Positions 55,171-64,000 of a DNA stretch of 64,000 nt are shown in pieces. This DNA is from Zootoca vivipara. Lineage: Eukaryota. The DNA is taken from NCBI RefSeq assembly GCF_963506605.1, contig NC_083277.1, positions 95,356,001-95,420,000 of the forward strand. Reading direction: 5' to 3'. Under the pieces are notes generated by a model. That model was given only the letters and a program-made list of their open reading frames with translations. It ran no database searches and was not told the origin of the DNA. How positions within the stretch are numbered: the first letter of the stretch is position 1; each line of letters begins with the position of its first letter. Position numbers and translations under genes: made by a program.

Positions 55171-57880
55171 TGTTTTAGACTCCTGACAGGCTGCAGTTAA
55201 CCTGGCTGGGAGTATGTCTAATAATCTAATTGAACCCAGTAGGGTTTACTTCCAGGTAGGCACGCGTAGTGTGGCCTTAAAAATTCAACAATTAACTTTT
55301 TTGAATTCGCATTGTTTTTGCAAAGGCAACTCCCCACCCCACTCCTAACTTCCCCCAATCCCATCAAGTCAGAAATCGTGCCACCAATGGGACAAAGCAT
55401 TAATCTGAGGCACGGATTATGGGGAGTGTTAATAATTTTTTAAACAACCTGCCCAAACGACCATAAAACCTTTATTGCATCAATGACCCCAGACTTGATG
55501 GGACCCATGTCCCGCATTTTAAAATGAACAAGAATCGCAGTCTCCTTGCATTGGTCTTTCTTTTCATTTCTGCCCAGGTGCCTCACAGTCAGGCAGAAAT
55601 AGAATCGTAATATTGTTCACCTGCCCCATCACACATTCGCATTATGCGCAGCAGGACTTCAAACCTGTGACAAAATCTTGCACAGGTTTTATAATTACTT
55701 TTAAACCCATTGAAGTCAGTAGGAGGGAAATTTCTTGTACCAGGGCCAAAGCTGATGTAAAGTTGCACTGTTGATAGGGTATGTGGCCATCGATGGATAA
55801 GATAGAGAGAGAATGGAATAAGTGGGCCGCCTGCAACTCCACAGAGTAAATGGCTGAAGAATTGCATGGGCTTTGTTTCAACTGGAGATGAGGTGAGGCT
55901 ACGCATGTCACTGAAGTTTAATTACTCTGCTTTCTGTGATACTGGGGTATTATTCCAGTCTCCTCCTTCAGTCAATCCTCGTATTCCTGGCTATGGCCTT
56001 CTCCTGGCCATGGCTGAGACACTGCCAGCGGGTAGTCTGCCAAATGGTTATTGGAAAAGTATCCACAGACTTGCCTCATCGCTGGACGAGAGGCTAGTAT
56101 GGCCCATTTTGCAGGGGGGGGGGGAAGATGTGTGTACGTATATATTTAAAATGCTTCCCCAGCCGCTACCAGGAAGGAAGTCAGAGATATGAACTCTGTT
56201 GCTGGGAAGATTGGTCCAATCTCGCTTGTAGTGACAAGCAGAGCTGACCCCAACTCCCAGCGTAACTGCATAAAACATGTTTTATGAGCTCCATAAACCT
56301 CCTCCTCTTTGTGGTTGACGCATGATGCCTTGTTCTTGAGATCTATAGGCCGTTTGGAACTGGGACAAGATCAACACAATGCAGATGGATGTAGATCATC
56401 AGCTCTCCCTGTGGAATCCAGACTGCCCCTCTTATTTACCTGCTCTGCCCAGTGCCTTGGCTTGCCTGTCTGTACGGTAAGACCTCCCCTGGGGCGGGTC
56501 AACATTATTAACATACAACCACATATGTGTACATCGGGTACTTTTCTGTGTCTGCCTGCACCCTCGAAAAGCACACACTTTGGCACGAAGAATCACTCTT
56601 TGCTGCTCCTGCTCTCTTGCCCCCCTTGTACCATGGAGCCCTATAAAGTCAGTGAACGAACCATAAACAACCCATCCTACAGCTACATCTCACCCCGTGG
56701 CAAGGGCCAGATGTTAACAGTCATGCTTTATTTATTGCTTTTATTTCCTCCCAGTTCCAGTAAGTTGTCCTCCTGCCCAAGTGGCTCATGATTAGGCAGC
56801 AAGAGGCCTCTAATCTTGCCGATCTGATTTACTGTCACTGAGAATAGCCACTTCCCGTTACTGGGCCCAGGCTTGGGAACAAAGTCAGCGCTGCTGAACC
56901 ACAGACCTATCCCGCCCTACTTGTACCTTCTTTCCTGGTAACTTCACCAGCCAGTAAATGCTGGCTGGGCAAGGCAAAGAGAAGGGCCTGGGGAGAAAAG
57001 GTGTGCCAGCACCTGGGTGAGCGGCAGTGAAAGGGGAGGGAGAGGGAGAGGGAGGGGAGGCTTAAAAAGGCAGGGGTTGACCAGTAAGGCAGTAAACTGC
57101 ATAGGATTACAGGCCCCAATACAAGGTGGGATATGGCATACCCTCCAATATTTCTCCAGTGAAAATAGGGATGTCATATTCAGTATTGTTGTTATTATTA
57201 TTATTTATACCCCACCCATCTTACTGGGTTGCCCCAGCCACTCTGGGCAGCTTCCAACATATACAAAAACATAATAAAACATTAAACATTAAAAAACTTA
57301 TAAAGCACTTAACTTCTTGGTTTGGGGGGTTGCACAGCTCCACACCCTCCAACATGAAAATAGGGATGTCCTAAGGGAAAGCGGGACATTCTGGGATCAA
57401 ATCGGAAAACAGGACAGCTTCTGTAAATCCGGGACTGTCCCTGGAAAATAGGGACACTTGGAGGGTCTGATACGGGGGGCAGGACAGGGTACAGGGTATG
57501 CTGGCAGCAGCACATAGTCCAGTCTCACTCACCGCTTTCCAGCTGTTCCAAACCACCAGGGATGTGTACACACCATACATTTAAAGTTCATGACTTCCCC
57601 TGAAGAATTCTGGAAATTGTAGTTTGTTAAGGGTGCTGGAAATTGTAGCTTTGCAAGGAGTAAAGCTACATTTCCCAGGATTCTTATGGCGGAAGTCATG
57701 TCCTTTACAGGTATGGTGTGTACACAGCCTAAGTGTCTCCCATGCACTCATTAAAAGCTCTTGGGGGTAAGCAAGGGTGCCTGAGGTCCTGCTCCCACTT
57801 TGCAACAGGAGAGAAGGGTGCCCATGAGGAAATCAACCCACATCTCTTCCTCCTAAACCAATCAGAATGAGAGCAAAGCC

Positions 57881-58016
57881 CAGGCATCCCCAATCTTCGG
57901 CCCTCCAGATATTTTGGACTACAATTCCCATCTTCCCCGACCACTGGTCCTGTTAGCTAGGGATCATGGGAGTTGTAGGCCAAAACATCTGGAGGGCTGC
58001 AGTTTGGGGGTGCCTG
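57881..58016. mobile_element. Palindromic hAT-type MITE
   Basis: Perfect 8-bp TSD gcaaagcc. Confidence 0.85.
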
Positions 58017-58597
58017 GCAAAGCCACACAGACCCTTGCAAAGGTGCAGAGGCTTTCTAGGCCCTGTCCTCACATTCATTATGAGTCTTTCCGGGCAATAA
58101 CCTATTTATTGAGCATTCTTCCTGATTTGATTGCAGGCCGATTAGATGGAGCAGGCTAGTTAAGGAGCATTCAATCTGATTTGTTTGTGAGGAAGTTAGA
58201 TGATGTTGCATCAAAGCACGTGTTATTCTTCATGTTCCTTATCGCAAAAGGTCTGATCTTTTGCGGAAGCGGGTTTGTTGTGCATGATTTCTCTATCAGC
58301 TATAATTGGGCAACCTGAATCTGCCAGTGTGAGATTGAATCCCACCCCAAAATAGTGACTTTCTGGACGTGCCCTAAATTAGTATAGGGATAGGGTGGGT
58401 GATGGCTTTTCCACTTTCTCTGGAGTAAACCTAGGACCAGAGGAGCAAGAAGTACTTTGCACACTTTGCCTGCCTTTTTTGACAGATGTTATTGTGAGCT
58501 GGCTGGCAGAACAAGGTCTATCATCTTGCGTTTGGACTCTTGTAGATTCGAGCCCTTTCCAAATACATTCCAAATATATGTAGTGTAGGGTTTAGAG

Positions 58598-58733
58598 TAG
58601 GCACCCCCAAACTCGGCCCTCCAGATGTTTTGGGACTACAATTCCCATCATCCCTGAACACTGGTCCTGTTAGCTAGGGATGATGGGAGTTGTAGTCCCA
58701 AAACATCTGGAGGGCCAGGTTTGGGGATGCCTA
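58598..58733. mobile_element. Palindromic hAT-type MITE
   Basis: taggcacccccaaac/gtttggggatgccta; TSD gtttagag/gtttagaa. Confidence 0.85.
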
Positions 58734-60781
58734 GTTTAGAACGTCAGATTAGGGTCAAGGAAACACAGGTTCAAATTGTCATTCAGACATGCAGTTCACC
58801 GAGTGACCATAGGGCTAATTATGCATTCTTACTCTGGCCTACCTGACAGGGTTGTTGTGAGAATAAAATATAGGGCGAGTAATTTAGAGAACCATGGACA
58901 CTGCCCCAAGCTTAATGTAAGATTTAAAATACCGGTATGCAAGAAAAATCAGATTTTGCCTTTAAGGCGTAGGATAAAGCTGTGCTAAATATAATGAATG
59001 ATTTTATCTGAGGCTTTCCCCCAGTGTTTAAGATGTTACCTTCCCGGAAAGAACAACTTGTTGTGCGGTCTGGGTGTGTGCATGTGAATTCCATTTGTGT
59101 GTGTTTCCCACTTGTGTTGTAGTTTTGTGATAAGGAAGTTGCAATTTCTGAGCAAAGTACATTGTTTTTCTTCCGGGAAACATACAGTTCAAGGTCTCCT
59201 ATCTTCTGGAGATAGGAGGGTGTGTATTGAGATTGCACAAGTACCACACACACGCTGCACCTATTATGTATAACTGGTGACAACACAATTTCTCACCTCT
59301 TCTCCTTTCCATTTAGTTAATTGCTCAGCCAAACCATGTTAAGAATCATTTTATTTTATTTTGGCATTTGGAGGCGAGAAGAAAACACTCTTTCAATTAG
59401 GTCTCCTAAGGCACGCTCAGTCATTAGACCACCTGGTGTTAAATTCACGGAGGACAGATCTAGTGATGGCTGTAAGCCACGATAGCTAAATGGAACCTCC
59501 TTGATCAGAGGCAGTGTACCTCTGGGCAGCAACTACTGGGGTGGGACAAACAACAGCTGCATGACTTCATGCCTTGCTTGTGGGCTTCCCCAAAACATGT
59601 GGCTGAAACAGGATGCTGGGCTAGCAAGGCACTTTCTGTCTTCCTGTGGGTGCTCGTCCCAATGCTCCAGTGCTGAAGTGCAGCATTCCTTGTTGGCAGA
59701 GTTATGGGAGCTTTTTATATATGGCCATTATGTGCACACTTAGAATTACAGAATCATAGACTTGTAGTGTTGGAAGGGACCATGAGGATCATCTAGTCCT
59801 ACCCCCTGCAATTCAGGTATCTTTCACTCTTATTCGAATGTACACCCCTCTCTCTATCTCTCTATCTAAACAGCAAACACCTGCAGAGTTATATCTCCCA
59901 AAGGAAAAGCTCGTGTTATGCTCACATTACAGTATTGTGGGTTGGTGCTTCACAAAATGAATAGACATGTATTGCGGAATGGCTAAACTGGAGTTGAAAC
60001 ACACGCCCAATGATTGCACAGAGAGGTCCTCAAACAAATTTCCTCCCGTAAATGCTCAAGGCTGAAATGTATTCTCAAATCCCTTGGTGCCAGGCTCAAA
60101 GGTTTCAGGAGCCAGCATAATATTTTAGGCAATACCTCTGTACACAGAGGGAAACATGGGTCCTGGCTGTGGGGAAGGGCATTGTTGGATAATAAGGTGT
60201 AGAACCTGTGGTCCTCCAGTTGTTGCTGGACTACAACTCCCATAATCCTTGACCACTGACCATATCGGCCGGGTCCGGTGGGAGATGGAGCCCAGCAACA
60301 TCTGGAGGGCCACTGGTTCCATACACTGATATGTATGTGTTGCTTATTGACACGTAGAGGTGATGATGTTGCTTGCAATTCCACATAGTTTGTCAAGGGA
60401 TTCTTGTGTTGAAGAACCTGCTGAAACACCTGAGGAGCAGAGGAACAATCAGTCTCCTTGAAGGTCCTCTTCTGCATCCCATCATTCTGGCCAGTAGCAT
60501 TAGGCTACTTCCAAACAAAAACACTATTGCAAAAACTGCACTGCTCATGCACACTTTTTTTGCGCATTGTTCACATGGCATCATCAAATGCCTGCACATA
60601 CTTAAAAACAACAACATTTAATCCAGATTTCTCCTTGCCACAGAAAAGCTTTAAGCCATCTATAGGCATATCAGAATTTTCACAACCCAGTTCTGAAGAG
60701 CTGTTCTCTTAAGATCGCAATGCACATGGGGTATTGCCTTGGAAGCTGTAATTGCAGTAAAGTACATATGCCAGGACTTAC

Positions 60782-60782
<1 letters not shown>

Positions 60783-60852
<70 letters not shown>

Positions 60853-60853
60853 T
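60783..60853. repeat. (TTTC)n microsatellite
   Basis: Read directly. Confidence 0.95.
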
Positions 60854-63171
60854 GCAACACTTCTTTTATTAGAATAGTCGTATAGCAGTATAGCTAAATA
60901 TCAGTCTTAAGCAAGACCTCTTAAAAAAAAACAATGAAAAGGAAATGGGTGTTCTCTCCCCCTTCAAAGTTTCCATTTTGTCCATAGTGAAATTTAATAG
61001 CTAGAGGCTGGTATTCTTGTGGCACTTCCTGTGGGGATTTTTATTTTAATCTGTGTTTGCACAGATACAGAATTACCTGCAGGCTCATCGTGGACAGGAA
61101 AAGGTAGCGGAGGGTGGAAAAGGTAGTGGAGGGTGGCAGAGGGCCTAGGAAGCATTGTGAGAAAACATTTCCTCAAGGATTGCCCACCTGTACAAGTAGG
61201 AAGCACTGGAATGACTAAGACCAGTGTTATGGAAAATCCCCTGCGATTTCCATAACACCAGATAATGGGGTGGATGATAGTATCCCAATTGTGCCTACAG
61301 GGGGGGGGGAGGATCCGAATGACCGATTTGCAACCAGTGCCACCTGTTTGAAAGCATCCGTAGTCCCTGTTCCACGGAGCATGTAATGGTTTGTTCTCTG
61401 AGGTGCGTCTCCCCAGAGTTACAACTAGCAGAGAGGATGTGTCATCAGTGTGTGTAACCTAGGCTTCACGGAGGAAGCCTTACAGAAGGAATGATGGTCA
61501 GGAAACCTCTCTGTTGTGCTTGGCTGCAATCGGTTACAACATTCGCACACCTCTGCCTGTGAACCAGAGGCAGTTCCTGGAACTGAGGCTTGGCAACACC
61601 AAAGTGAATCTTACATATAGCTTCAATTATTGATTAGGAGGAAGGCCTGCCCCCTCCCCAACATGCAGCGGGGGCGCATGCCAGGCACATAGCTTCTCCG
61701 GGATGTATTTATCACAGAAGGGAATGCTAAATCAATAAAGCAGAGCTTTGAAAAACAGTGGAGATGCTCCACTGCCTTGCTGGATGCTGAATCTCTTCTG
61801 TGCGTGTTGGGATTCTGGAGCAGGGAAATCCCTTGAGGAGTAACCCCACGCTCACTGCTTAGGGCAGAGCACAGAGTCCCAGAGCAGGCAAGAGGTAATA
61901 GAAATTAATCTTGGAGGCTCATGCAGCCCAGAATCCATAAGCTTTGGTGAAGCTTCGAATTATTCATGGCTCAGACCTGAAGCTCCAAACGTGCACACAG
62001 AACAGGTCTGCTGGTTTCAGAGTCAGACCCTGCTGTGCACCACCCCACCCCACCCCAAGCTAGGAAAACCACGGACACAAAGCCTTGTCAGTTTTACCAG
62101 AAATCAGAGGCGGGACAAAGTGAATGAAATGCCCCTGGGCCAGGCTAGAATAATATCTGTGGGACTGTATCTCGATTCTGTTGCAAGACAGAATGAGCTA
62201 ACACAAAGTTACTGGAATGAGCTACCGCAGAGCAGGAAAAGCCTCTGTACACACTCCCATTTGTTCCCACTGCGCTCCCATTGATGGTTTGGGAAATGGT
62301 GTGCACACAACCTTTGCCACAATCCATATCTTTCCTGTATTTATCTTCTTGTTTCTCATGAAACACACCGTTTTGATGTGTTTTCTCGCAAACCAGCTAT
62401 GATGTGAAATGAGAAGAATAATGACCAAGCTTTGTTTGAAGCTGATAATGCACAGGAATTGAAACAAGAAACATTCTCTAAGGTCCCCCGTCCCCCCCCA
62501 CCGCCTTTAATGCACTTCTGATTTCAGCCAAAGTTTTTTTTTTTAATCACAGCCAAATCAGCCTATGACTTAAAACCCACTAACAGACGCAGGTCGCATA
62601 GGATTTGCACATGCAGTGGAATGAAGCAATAAAATGGACTATCTATCACATCAGTCTGTGGATTGGGGGACACCATTATTCACCACTCTTCCCTGGGTTT
62701 AGAATTTCCTGGAAGAAGAAAACTAGAAAATCAAATGAAAAAACGTCCTTGCAATTTACTTTCCCACTAGGGAAGGGGGGAGAGCTTTTCTTGCAAATAG
62801 TGGACACCAGCTTGGAGTAGTCTAGCACATTCTGTCACCTTGGGGTCCCCCCCTCTCCTACCTCACTTAGTTACTGGCATGTGGTGGTGGTGAGGAATCC
62901 AGCCTCAGAGCCCAGCAAATCCTGCCTTCATGTTCTCTCTGCAATCTTTTACAGCCTCTATTTACTGTCACACTTGTACAGACCCCACCACAAGTAAACT
63001 GGCCTAAGACACAGCTCCTTCCTTCATCACAAACTGCGGTGAGGCTATGTATAAATCTCAGACTCCACCTAGGTTTACATCCTTTCTTGTGGGCTGAGCG
63101 TTGCCAACAAAACACTTGCACTGTACTAGTATTGAAATGAGTGGCTCATTTGAACTACTACCAGTCGCAAA

Positions 63172-63445
63172 ATCATAGAATCGTAGAGTTGGAAGGGATC
63201 CCAGGGGTCATCTAGTCCATCCCCCTGCAATGCAGGAATCTCAATGAAAGCATCCACTATAGATGGCCATCCAACCTCTGCTTAAAAGCCTCCAAGGGAG
63301 GAGAGCCCACAACCTCCCGAGGGAGACTGTTCCACAGTTGAACAGCTCTTACTGTCAGAAAGCTCTTCCTGTTTAATCAGAATCTCCTTTCTTGTAACTT
63401 GAAGCCGTTGGTTCGAATCCTACCTACAGAGCAGGAGAAAACATT
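63172..63445 (-). mobile_element. CR1 LINE 3' end
   Basis: atcatagaatcgtagagttggaagggatccc...gatggccatccaacctctgcttaaaagcctcc: standard reverse-strand CR1 terminus. Confidence 0.8.
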
Positions 63446-64000
63446 CTTCTGCCCCCTCCCCCATGACCTACCATATTTATTGAGCATTCATCCTGATGGC
63501 CTTGCACAATGCTTACTCAGAGGTTAGATTTATCCAGTCTGTGTTATTTGTTCAGATTTGTTTGTTATACGACGATGAGCATTCGTCCTGGTTTTCCTGC
63601 AGAGTGTTCACACATCTCCCTGTTAATAATTTGTTCATCCCACACTTTTCAGTTCATTTCCCTTTCTTACCAACCACAAAAAGTTGGGTTTGTTGTGCTT
63701 GGACAGCACAGCCCTTTAATTCAATTTAAATGCACAAACCCAAAGTTCCAGTGTGTGCTTGAATCTCTCTGACGAAATACCTAAGTCTTTCCCAAATTGC
63801 CTCTAGCACAGCAGTAGGCAGTTGCTATGCACTTACATGTTGTGCAGTAACTAACGGTCAGAAAGGCAAACCAAACCCTCCTCCCCGCTCTATTTTGCAC
63901 ATTGTTTTTTCTCCCCCTGCAGCAGGGCAAGGAGCAGTAGGCCTGTTTCTGTTATCCTCTAGCAAGGTGTGAAGTGCTGTGTGTTAAGGAGGAGGACTCT

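Overview
Eukaryotic (vertebrate) genomic DNA. The repeat content (Sauria SINE, Penelope-like ends, hAT/mariner MITEs, CR1/L2) points to a squamate, probably a lacertid lizard; this is an inference. The window carries the gene block syntenic with human 17q25.3: 3' end of TMC8 (+), SYNGR2 (+), TK1 (-), AFMID (+), BIRC5/survivin (+), TMEM235 (+) and an intact THA1 threonine aldolase (-; a pseudogene in humans). About 9 kb of non-coding DNA rich in STAT/NF-kB motifs follows. Exon structures were reconstructed by hand from splice sites and frame continuity. Most notable: (1) minimal hammerhead-ribozyme cores carried by Penelope-like elements, one intact and sense-oriented in TMEM235 intron 1; (2) a ~400-430 bp direct duplication bracketing BIRC5, upstream of its promoter and in its 3'UTR; (3) interlocked opposite-strand poly(A) signals at both convergent gene pairs; (4) a ZNF143/THAP11-type motif shared by the CpG promoters and both arms of an abundant palindromic MITE; (5) a ~210-codon open N-terminal extension on THA1; (6) a perfect 22-bp hairpin upstream of the AFMID coding exons; (7) a GC-AG intron in TK1; (8) an orphan promoter module upstream of THA1.
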